Shown here piece after piece: positions 53,196 through 64,000 of a stretch of DNA of 64,000 nt. The stretch comes from Squalus acanthias. Lineage: Eukaryota. The notes below the pieces were generated by a model that ran no database searches, was not told the DNA's origin, and saw only the letters and a program-made list of their open reading frames with translations. Where the stretch lies: assembly GCA_030390025.1 (NCBI GenBank), contig CM059431.1, positions 94,800,001-94,864,000 of the forward strand, in the 5' to 3' direction. Every line of letters begins with the position of its first letter. The stretch's first letter is position 1. A program made the translations under genes and the position numbers.

Positions 53196-54639
53196 ATAGA
53201 TGGGGCATTGTGTGCGGGTCACGGATTGTTAACAGGTGTATTGGGTATGAAGTGAATAGTGACAGTGTTGTGACTTCCGGATTTTGTCTAGTCCAATTGA
53301 AAGGATAATTACTAGTCCTAGCCCCTTTAGGGCTACCCCGGATCAGGCGTATTCCCCAGACATTCACTTTCAACTAAAGTTTGAGGTAGCTGAATCCTAA
53401 AGACGCTTAATTGGGTCGAAAGGTCCAGACTATCTCTCCCTAAAGGAAAGGAACAACCTGAAGATGTTACCGTCCTCCAGACAACACTTTTAATAAGTTT
53501 AGCTAGACTGTAACGTTCCGGATATTATGAGGGTCCGGAAAACTCCCTCAGAATTCTGCAACTCCTCACCAAAGAGCGTACAGAGATTGAGTTTGCGAGT
53601 TTGATACAGAAGTACTATGTGAGACTATTCTAAAAATATATAGATTTATTAAAGAACCGACATGTAATTTACAGTTGGTGAGTCAATCGCAACATTAACA
53701 GTTCCAAAAACAGTAAGCTTTTACAATCTTATCAGAGATCCTTATTCTCAAATCTTAACTTCACTGGTTTTACAGTTCTTAGTTTATTCCAGGATATCCA
53801 CCAAAATCAAATACAAGTACCTTGATCCCCGAGATACAAAGAGTTGTAGACTTACAGAGCTTGCCTCTGAAGCCGAGAATCGCTTTGCCCCTTTACAGCG
53901 AGACTATCATCCCATTTGAAAGTTCAATTTTTATACCCTTTTGCAGTGGTATTTCCTTTGAAGTTTTCTGCTGATGTAAGCTAATTATCTCTAGTCATTT
54001 TTCTGTTGACCCCTGCTACTCTTACAGTCAGTTCAGCTGGTAGCATTAAGAATTATGTCTCTACCTTTAGGTGTTCGAAGCTTATCATAAAAATGATGCG
54101 GAACAGGTGCATCTATTTGATGTAATTCTTACCAAAGTCTTCTGTTTGTGTTTTTTTACGATGTGTAAATTAAAACAACCTCAACCGGGTGCACCATTGT
54201 GTTCTTTCCAAAGCTTCAGATTTTCAGGAACCTCCAACCTCCTGTTTCAATAAGGCTATTGATTCAGTGTCAACAACTTATCTTATCTCAATAGCCTGAA
54301 TGCTGTTCACAGCTTCTCCATTGTTGAGGCTTTTAGATTTTCAAGCCCAGTTTGTCATGTTACAATAAGGCCAGAATTATTTCATAGAATGGTGTATTTT
54401 TCTGACTATGGCTTATTCCTTCACACAATGATGTCACTTGCCACACATGCACCAAGCTTTCCGGGAAATCAACCAGGTCTCGGGGGAGGAGAGGGAGAAT
54501 TTGGTGCGGGTGTAAAAGGGTGGGGTTGGAAGAACGTGATCCATCTTACCATTTGGATCATGTTCTCGCTCTCATTCAACCCCCCTCCGCCCCGCCCCCC
54601 CCCCCCCCCCCCCCGCCTACCGGCTTTTGACTTGGATCA

Positions 54640-55600
54640 CTTTCTTCCCCCATCCCCACAGTGCTCTCTGTGCTCCTTCTCACCAGCCCCCGCCTCGAGT
54701 TGCTGACCTCCACTCCCCCTCCCCCCCACGAGTTCCTGACCTCCTCACCCCCCCCGCCCCAGTTCCTGACCTTCTCTTCCCCAGAGTTCCTGATCTTCTC
54801 CCCCACCAGTTCCTGAGCTTATCCCCCCACCCCAGTTCCAGACCTTCTGTCCCACCTACCTACGCCCCACCCCGAGTTCCTGACATTCTCCCCCAGTTCC
54901 TGACATCCTCTACGCCCCCCAGTTCCTGACCTTCTCTCCCCCCGCCGAGTTCCTGACCTTCTCTTCTCCCACCCCCATGTTCCTGACCTCCTCTACCCCC
55001 GTCCCCCAAGTTACTGACTTCCTCTCTCTTCCACCCACCCAAGATCCAGACCTCCTCTCTCCTCAAACCCCCCAGCCCCCAAGTTCCTCACCTCCTCCCC
55101 CGCCCCCCCCCAAGTTCCTGACCTCCTCTCCCCCGCCCCGAGTTCCTGACCTCCACTCTCCCCACTACCCTGAGTTTCTGACACCCTCTCTCGTCCCCCC
55201 GCCGAGTTTCTGACCCCCTCTCTAAATCCCCGCCCCCCCAAATTCTTAACCTCCTCTCTTTGCACCCCCACACCCGAGTTCCTGACCTTTCTCCCCACAC
55301 CCCCGAGTTCCTGACCGCCTCTCCCCCCCACAGTTCCTGATCTCCTCCCCCCCAGTTCCTGACCTCCTCTCCCCCCAGTTCCTGACCTCCTCCCCCCCCA
55401 AGTTCTTGACCTCCTCCCCCCCCAAGTTACTGACCTCCTCTCCCCACACCCCCGAGTTCCTGACCTCCCCTCCCCCCCAGACCGCCTCTCCCCGCCCCCC
55501 AGTTCCTGACCTCCCCTCCCCCCCAGACCGCCTCTCCCCGCCCCCCAGTTCATGACCTCCTCTCCTCGCCCCCCACAGTTCCTGACCTCCTCTCAACCCC
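54640..55600 (+). repeat. C-rich degenerate minisatellite (agttcctgacctc core), right part
   Basis: Many repeats of the core separated by C-runs. Confidence 0.85.
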
Positions 55601-57309
55601 CTTCCCACCAGCACGGATCAAGTGATGAGCCTTCTCTCACGGAGCTTGACGAAAGCCTGACCATGCTGCACTGCAGGCCGCAACTGTTGAGCACTGCGCA
55701 TGCATCGGCAATGGATCGAGCGCGCATGTGCGGCTCCGGTATCCCGCGCGCATGCGCAGAAGACCACAAAAATATTCGTGCAGCTAATCACTTTGCCCTT
55801 TTAATAGCCCTAATTTTGAGAGCCATGCAGAAACAAACTAGCCCATGGCAGAGACACATTTGATGCCAGATATAAGGGCACTCTGTGACTGAGCTGCAAG
55901 GACATAAAAAGCTTGCTCAGACAGCTGGGGCTGCAGCACATGTGGTTGCAGAGCATAAAATGATGGTACAAAAGTTATCGGGCTGAATTTTATGGTCAGT
56001 GGCGAATAAACGCTGCCAGCCGTTTGTTACACTTGCACTTGTCCGTAGACTTTTTATGGGCTTTTGCACTGGAAGTTCCTGTCAGCCAACGATCCAAAAA
56101 GCATAGCACCCTCTACAGAGCATCTGGGACATGTGTGAACAGGGTAAGCAACTGTGTCTCTCCTTAACAAATCAGATTGAAGAATCGTTCATTGTTAATG
56201 CAGAGTCTGAACCTGGAAGTGTCAGATAGAATATTGAATTCAATGTAAAATCAGGAACAGAAAGCAAAATAAAGAGGAAAAAGACAAATTTGATCAAGAG
56301 AGAGAGATAAAAGAGACAGAAAGAAAAAGTTTAAAAACATTTATTTTTTATTTTTTTAAATCTCCGACGATAAGATGAAGGAATGAGACTCTAGACTTGT
56401 AAAGGTTAATTTTCGGAGCCAGATACATTGTTTGGCAGTAATTAAGACTTATCACGCCATTAAAAGTGTACTTACACTGGCAGCACCTCCCAAACCTGTG
56501 ATCTCTACCACCTAGAAGGACAAGGGCAGCAGATGCATGGGAACACCACCACCTCCAAGTTCCCCTTCAAGTCACATATCATCCTGACTTAGAAATATAT
56601 CGCCGTTCCTTCATCGTCGCTGGGTCAAAATCCTGGAACTCCCTCCCTAACAGCACTGTGGGAGTACCTTCACAGGTATGCAGCGGTTCAAGAGGGCGGC
56701 TCACCACCTTCTCAAGGGCAATTAGGGATGAGCAATAAATGCTGGCCTTGCCAGCGATGCCCACATATCGAGAATTAATAAATAAATCCCTAACCTTTTC
56801 TGGCGAGTTTAGTTTGTACATATCAGGTAAGTACAGCAACTTCACACCGTTCAATGTATTTGAATGGTGAGTTTCTTGGCCAGATACCATTATCACACAG
56901 CTTTTGGAGAAGTGGGGCATCTCGGCCACGAACCTCCTGATTTCTGTGTTTAACTGCGCATGTTCGGTCGCCGGAAGTTGCTGTCCGATTTCCATGTAAA
57001 GTGAGCGCTGATAGACCATTGTTTACAATACCACAGCAGAGATATGTGGGCAATATGACTCCCTTTGATGCTGAAGAGTTGGTGGTCCTTCTGCAGCAGA
57101 TCAACAAAGGAGATTGATCTTATTTTAGGGTTGAAGGACAACCTCTAGTAAAAGCGCAGGGACAAACAGCATTGAGATAGTTATCCAGGTCCCTTATACT
57201 TGGCTGCAAATGAAAATGTTTGCTGATATCAGGAGCAACAACTAAATGGGATCTTCTGCACCCTCTGGAAGGTCCCATTGGGCTCTGTCAGAGCCATTTG
57301 CAGGATCTC

Positions 57310-57890
57310 ATAGTCGGCGGCACACAAATGCATAAGACAAGTGACTGATGGCTTCTTTACCAGGGCCGCCAATTATGTTAACTTTCCCTACGATAACACA
57401 AGTCAGAATGAGCGGGCGCTTGGGTTTGCGGCTCTGGCTGGCTTCCCACAGGTGCAGGGCATCATTGACTGCACACATTTGGCAATTAAGGCACCCCCAG
57501 ATCACCCAGGAGTACTCGTTAACTGCAAGGGCTTCCACTCCATCAGTGTGCAGCTGGTGCACAACCACAAAAAGGTCTTTATGCAGGTGTGCGCAAGATT
57601 CCTGGGCAGCTGCCATGATGCTTTCATCCTGCAGCAGTCCACCCTCCCTGATCTCTTCACATCTGGAAGCAGCGTTACTGGCTGGCTGACCAGAGACTTG
57701 GAATACCCATTAAAACCTGGCTGATGACACCTCTCAGAAACCCGAGGAATGAGGCCCAGGAGCGATACAATGAATGCCATATAACCACCAGATGTGTCAT
57801 CGAACAAACCATCGGCATGCTGAAGATGTACTTCAGGTGCCTGGACAGATCTGGAGTAGCCCTTCAGCACACACCAGCCAGGGTCTCCAG
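57310..57890 (+). pseudogene. PIF/Harbinger transposase fragment
   Basis: GFPQVQGIIDCTHLAI, NCKGFHSISVQLV, GSCHDAFIL, TRCVIEQTIGMLKMYFRCLD. Confidence 0.88.
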
Positions 57891-58419
57891 ACTGCTGCCT
57901 GAGATGCCCTCAATATTGCAAGGTTCAGTGCACCCATCCTGCCTGACCTGCTGAGTATTTCCAGAATTTTGTTTTTATTTCAGATTTCCAGTATTAGTGT
58001 GCTGGGGACTGTTCCTTTAACACTTGTGTGCTGGGGACTGTTATTTTAACAGTTATGATAACTGATCGCTGTTGAACTCAGTTACCCATCCTTCTAAATG
58101 TTACCTCACTTCCCAGTTCGCAATTGATTTTCGAAACAATGAGTGGGATCAAATCCAATGCCTCCACTTCCTGCCGCTCCCACTCACTATTCCAACAAGT
58201 CTGCGATTATTTAAACCATATCCTAGCAACTGTGCGCACCCTGAGCAAGCTCGTGACTGCTAGGGAAGGATTCAAAAACATTGCTGCACGCTGCCATTCC
58301 TACCAGCCCACCGGGAATTCTCCCCCTGCTCCAGTTTGCTGTTCCTTCATTCACAGGCTCAGCTGCACTTGTTCCCGCTCTCTCTGCAGCCACTCACGAT
58401 TTGGCCACTGGGTTTTTAT

Positions 58420-59270
58420 AGAAACATAGAAAAATAGGAGCAGGAGTAGGCCATTCGGCCCTTCGAGTCTGCTCCGCCATTCAATATGATCATGGCTGAT
58501 CCTCTATCTCAATACCATATTCCCGCTCTCTCCCCATACCCCTTGATGCCTTTTGTGTCTAGAAATCTATCTATCTCCTTCTTAAATATATTCAGTGACT
58601 TGGCCTCTACAGACTTCTGTGGTAGAGAATCCCAGAGGTTCACCACCCTCTGAGTGAAGAAATTTCTCCTCATCTCAGTCCTAAATGTCCTACCTCATAT
58701 CCAGAGACTGTGACCGCTCGTTCTAGACTCCCCAGACAGGGGAAACATCCTCCCTGCATCCAGTCTGTCTAGCCCTGTCAGAATTTTACACGTTTCAATG
58801 AGATCCTCTCTCATTCTTCTAAACTCTAGTGAATACAGGCCTAGTCGACCCAATCTCTTCTCATACGACAGTCCTTCCATCCCAGGAATCAGTCTGGTGA
58901 ACCTTCGCTGCACTCCCTCTATGGCAAGTATATCCTTGGGTAAGGAGACCAAAGCTGCACACAGTACTCCAGGTGTGGTCTCACCAAGGCCCTGTATAAC
59001 TGTAGTAAGACATCCTTGCTCCTGTACTCAAATCCTCTTTCAAATGAAGGCCAACATACCATTTGCCTTCCTAACTGCTTGCTGCACCTGTATGTTTGCT
59101 TTCAGTGACTGGTGTACAAGGACACCCAGGTCCCTTTGTACATCAACATTTCCCAATCTATCACCATTTAAATAATACTCCGCCTTTCTGTTTTTCCTAC
59201 CGAAGTGGATAACTTCACATTTATCCATGTTATACTGCATCTGCCATGTATTTGCCCACTAACTCAACTT
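58420..59270 (-). mobile_element. CR1 LINE RT C-terminus and 3' UTR
   Basis: KCEVIHFGRKN, VQRRFTRLIP. Confidence 0.88.
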
Positions 59271-59409
59271 TATGCTCAACCCCTCCGCCCCCCAGCTCAC
59301 TGTTGTGCGTGGCCTGTCTATTTCAGTGCGCGGGACCTTACAGAATGCTGCGCACCCGCGCACCTTAGAGGGAACATTGGCACTGACTGGGGGCGGGGGG
59401 GAGGGGGGG

Positions 59410-61014
59410 TGGCGGGCAGGGGGGGTGGCAACGGGTGAGAAGTAGAAGTGCTTTGAGCCGAATCCCCACTTCCATGTCCCCTTTCACCAGCATCTCTCTC
59501 GTGGTCCAGCCTCACTTCCCTGCTAGCAATGTGCTGGAGAACACTTTGCTGCAGATCAGTGGGGCGATGAAAGGCCACGGCTAGGGTATCATTCATCCTA
59601 TTTAAGGTGGCATCCAGAGTGTGCAAGCCATTGTTGAACGCCTGCATGCACTCTTTTGATTGCCGTGTTTGATGCTCCATGCAGTTAGCTACTCCATCCA
59701 TGGAAGAGGACATCATCGCAAATGCCTGCGATAGCATGTCACTTATGCTTGAGAAGGACTCCTCTAATCTCTCTGCAATCGTGTACAGTACGCTTGGAGC
59801 ACCTGTCAGTACAAAGCACATTCTCTGCTGCTGCTCAAGAAGTATCCTGCTCATTGACGGCCCCCGGGGTACAGCATCTGTGTCCAGCTGAGCAGAGCTT
59901 GAAGAGTCCTGTGACCTCCAAAGTGGACTCTATACTGCTGTCCCTGACTCCACTTTCTGCTCTTGCTCACTTGTTAAGTACGAATCACCAGGTGAAAACC
60001 CAACTATCTCTCGAGCTAGTCCCACTGAATCTGAGCTGGTTCATTGTCTGCAAGAGTCCTGAAACGGTGCACCCTCTGAGGTAGTGAGCTCCTCTGAGGA
60101 GTCGTGGTGGTGGGCATCCTCAACCACTTCCTGATGGACGGGTGAAGGCCCTGTGGGAGATAAAAGACATGAATCAGTACTGTGAAGGTCAGAATGCTTG
60201 AAGTTATCTTTATGCACATGATCATATTTCAGTTGCTGTTGACATCAAGTCAACATGACTGAGTGTTGTATGCCATGTGATTGCCTGATATTTAATTCTG
60301 TCACCAGCTAGCTCCCAGGCCCCCATCTCCGACAGCCAGGCATGCTGTGAATCCGCTGATCTCCTTGCAGATGGCTGGAGGGCCACCTCTGGTTCTCTGC
60401 CTCTCCCTGGTGTTCTGTGCTCTCCTCTCTTGCAAGGAGGGAATGAAAACACCTATGAGTGAGTGTAATGGCATGAGTTCACCCGATACATGGAGATAAT
60501 TTGTTGAGGGTGCCTATGAGGGATAGGCATGACATTGCATTCAGGTGTCAGTGGTGGATGGATAGATGGGGATGTGAGGAAGTGCATAGACAGAGAGGGA
60601 TGGTTGCACCTGCAAATTAATTTGGTGTGAAGAGCGATGTGCTGGAGTACGCTTGAGAAGGCAGAGTGAGGGGGTTAGGTTGATCTGCACATCAGGATGT
60701 AGGGCAATATGCCATTGCTCTCACCTTTCCTGCCCTGCTTGTGTCATTGAACCGTTTTCTGCATTGGATCCAGGAGCGTGGCACCATGCTCCTGCTGCTG
60801 ACCTCCCATGCAACCTCCAACCACACCTTCTTTGTGTCAGCTGCAGGCTTCTTCCTCCCCTCACTAGGGAACAGTATCTCCCTCCGGGCCCTTCAGCCCC
60901 CAGCAGCATATCCAGGGAGGCGTCGCTGAAGCAGGGCGCAGCCTTTGCCCATCTCAACTCATTTGCATTAGTGCTTTGTCGCTCCATGGCAACTCCAACT
61001 GCTTCAACTGGCAT
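59410..61014 (-). pseudogene. Harbinger Myb/SANT-like ORF2, degenerate and probably multi-exon
   Basis: AAPCFSDASLDMLL resembles the Myb_DNA-bind_5 start; coiled-coil ORF 59318-59854; convergent with the 57310-57890 transposase; possible TIRs gggctgaattt (55980) and aaattccagccc (61205). Confidence 0.6.
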
Positions 61015-61614
61015 GTTTGAAGTTCAGATCGCGTCATGCGGATCGTCATCATGCCTGCTGATGCTAATTGGACGGGAAACTGGGAAGTAAAATGATAATG
61101 AGGTGGCTGGGTTAAAAAGTCACTGACATACGTGCTGCAACTACTTCCGGGTTTCCCACGTGCTATCGTGCGCTCCCAGCACGTCTGTGAATTAAATTCC
61201 AGCCCTGTGTGTCTCAGTGAGGATTCATCAATGTTATTGGTTGAAGAGCCTCGCTGTTTCTTTACCTGCTCACAGACACCACAGATGCTCAGTTAAGGGT
61301 CTCCACTGGATCAGACACCAGATTACAGCAAGTCTCTGCTCTAAAGTCGGCAAAAACTTTGTGAGCAGCTGTCAGCAAGGTGAATGGCGAATGCTGTTCC
61401 TTCGCCGCTGACCACAAAATCCGGCCATTATGATTATAAAATACTTTAATGTTCCCTTTTATGTTCCCTAATCTAGTCTCAAACACTCTCTTTGTCCCTC
61501 TTATTCCCTTTTTCAGTTCTCCTCTGTACTTTTTGTATTCTGCTTGGTTTTATACTGCATTACGAACCTGACATTTATCATAAGCCTCCTTTTTTTGTTT
61601 CATTTTAATCTCTA

Positions 61615-62355
61615 GGGGAAAAAATTGGGTTGCTTTGCACCTCCCATTAGCAGCCCCTTGGGGGCGCTAATGGGGCGCAAAGCAGCTAGCGCCCGGGCGC
61701 GGCGCCGCTAACGCCTCCCGCGAAGTTCAGCGGCATGCGTAGCCGGTAGCGCCCTGTGGCACTGCGCGTCCGGTGATGACGTCATCCCCATGCGCAGCGC
61801 CCCGCTCACGTCCCCGAATGCGATCTTCGGTAGCGACCCCTGACGTACCGCTGGACACCATGTCCGACAGGGTCAGGGTGCCATGTTTGCAGCCGGGGGG
61901 GAACAAATTAAAGGGCAGGTGCCGGGCGGCCATTTTTTTTTGGGACGCCTGCCAGCTCCTGCGCCCTCTGGCCTCCTCCTGTGGGGTGCCGTCCGCGATC
62001 GGTCAGCCCGGCACTCCTCTTGAGTGCCAGCCTCTTTTGCCGGCACCCCACACCCTGGTGGTCCAGCAGGGCCCCGGTGTGTGCTGCGCTTGGCCCCTCC
62101 CCTTTAATCGGGGAGGGAGGCCTGCAATACCGCGGCGCTACGTGCCGATGTGTGTGGCGCTGCGGCACGTAATGCTGTGATATTCAATGGGAGTGCCCCA
62201 AGAGGGAGGGGGAGCGCTTCCAGTAGTGCCCCGCCTCCTGCTTGGGGCGCGACCATTCAATTTACGGCGCGGGGGCGCTAACATTTTTGGGGCGTTAAAA
62301 GTACCACCCCGGCGAAGTTAGCGCCCCAAAGGGGGCGCGAGCCAATTTTTCCTCC
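61615..62355 (-). mobile_element. GC-rich MITE-like repeat, copy 3 (inverted)
   Basis: ggggaaaaaattgg...ccaatttttcctcc termini; reverse homologue of 8076-8710. Confidence 0.65.
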
Positions 62356-62800
62356 TGTATCTTTAGTCATCCAGGAAGCTCTAGCTTTAGCTACCACACT
62401 CCCTCCCCCACCCCCCCTTTTCCCTTTGTGGGCTGGATCTAATCTGTACCCAAACCAGCTCCTCTTTGAAGGCCTCCCATTGCACATTTACTTTTTCACC
62501 TGTCAATTTTTGATTCCAACCCACCTGGGCCAGCTCCCTTTTGAACTCACTGAAATTAGCCCTTCTCCGCTTTATTAATTTTATGTTTGATTTTTCCTTG
62601 TCCTTTTCCATAACTACTCTAAACCTAATGATATTGTGATCACTGTTTTCCAAATGCTCTCCCACTGAAACATGCTCCACTTCATTCCCCAGAACTAGAT
62701 CCAGCTCTGCTTCCTTCCTTGTTGGGCTGGAAACATATGATTAAGAAAATTGTCTTGGGCACATTTCAGGAATTCCTCTCCCTTGTTGCCCTTTACACTG

Positions 62801-63172
62801 TGTAACAGAGTGAGAGAGGGATGATGTGTGGGCCATCGGCTTTTGATAGCTCTGTATCTGTGATAGGGGTACGACTTATTAAAGTTGTATCAAATGTCAG
62901 AATGACCAAGTCAAGGTGGTATAGCTTTAAGAAATTATTGACATTAATTGCCTTTAATCAGGAACAACTCCCAGCCTGTAAGGAAAAAAGGCAGGGAAAT
63001 AGTTCAGTTGGGGAGAGGAAGGAACTGAGAGTGAGAAGGTGTAGGCTGGAAAGGAGTCCCTGTTACTGTTTTGTTCATCAACTGCTGTGGGTGAATAAAC
63101 CTCACTTGTTTTGAGCTCTAGTCTGCGTGGCTAATTGACCACTGGGTCACGGGCCTGCTTCAGCTTGTTACA
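62801..63172 (+). mobile_element. Small solo LTR (372 bp)
   Basis: TGTAACA...TGTTACA termini; AATAAA near 63094; TSD ACTG/ATTG. Confidence 0.7.
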
Positions 63173-63523
63173 ATTGTTATTTCCCCAGTCTATATTAGGA
63201 TAATTGAAATCCCCCATTATCACTACTCTATTGTTCTTGCATCTTTCTGAAATTTGCCAGCAAATTTGCTCCTCAATCTCTTCCCACTATTTGCTGGCCT
63301 ACAGTATACAAAATTGAGAGGTCGCACAACACCAGGTTATAGTCCAACAGTTTTATTTGAAATCACAAGCTTTCGGAGCTATCATGACCTACAGTATACA
63401 CCCAGCAGTGTTACAGCTCCTCTTCTATTCCTTAACTCTAACCAAAATAGATTTTGTCTTTGAATCCTCAAGTACATCATCCCTTACCAGGGCTGTAACG
63501 GTATTTTTGATCAATATTGCCAC

Positions 63524-63676
63524 CAATGTTCCCTGTAAACTGTGCTTTGTTTTGCGCGGCCTGTTTCTTTTAATGCGCAGTCCCTTTAAATTTCTGTGCA
63601 TGCTCGGTATTTACAATGTAAAAGCTGGTGAGCGGCCTGCACGGGACCTTTACCATTACTGCACGAGGGAATATTG
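63524..63676. mobile_element. hAT-type MITE
   Basis: TIR caatgttccc/gggaatattg with perfect 8-bp TSD ATTGCCAC. Confidence 0.8.
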
Positions 63677-64000
63677 ATTGCCACCTACTCCTTTTTTTCC
63701 TTCCCTATTTTTGCTGAATACATTGTAGCCAGGAATATTTAGTGCCCATTCCTCCCCTTGTTAGAGCCAGGTATTCATTATTACCATTATATCATGATCC
63801 CGATTGGCAACTTGTACCTTAAGCTCACCAACCTTCTTTGCGACACTCTGTGCATTTATCCCATGCACTGCAAACCCACCTTGGTCTGTCTTTTATTTCT
63901 CCTCTGTCTGATCACTCTTTCTGGACTATTATTTATTTGAACGCTGTTTGTCTCTCCCAATCCTCTGTGTACCTTGTATCTCCTCTCTAATGCTTCATCC

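Larger units (their letters stand above)
61420..64000 (-). mobile_element. Degenerate CR1 LINE endonuclease region, interrupted by three insertions
   Basis: VSVGEHLENSDHNIIRF (ORF 62387-62680) and GDFN remnants. Confidence 0.75.

Noticed and set aside
54576..55614. Gly/Arg-rich ORFs
   Set aside because: Low-complexity repeat translations

Overview
Repeat-dominated vertebrate DNA, probably from a cartilaginous fish (inferred from the Deu-domain SINE and the CR1/Harbinger families). No intact host gene is recognisable. The centrepiece is a young, full-length 12.66-kb endogenous retrovirus-like provirus on the minus strand (11614-24273), inserted in a 32-bp satellite. It has ~1.65-kb LTRs, a tRNA-Arg-type PBS, gag joined in frame to pol by a UGA-CUAG readthrough context, and pol ordered PR-RT-degenerate RNase H (tether)-RNase H-IN. 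Its env resembles paramyxo/pneumovirus class-I F proteins (lokiretrovirus-like). After repair of one frameshift, this env gains a signal peptide and an N-terminal immunoglobulin-like domain. A second, divergent relic of that Ig region (3674-4290) carries both halves in one frame and supports the repair. The window also contains: a very young Gypsy element with identical LTRs and a candidate self-priming site; several solo LTRs, two sharing a tRNA-complementary U5 motif with the provirus; two Harbinger transposons, one with three nested insertions; many CR1/L2 fragments, MITEs and satellites; a ~100-bp STK35 kinase fragment; and a 500-N gap with duplicated flanks.
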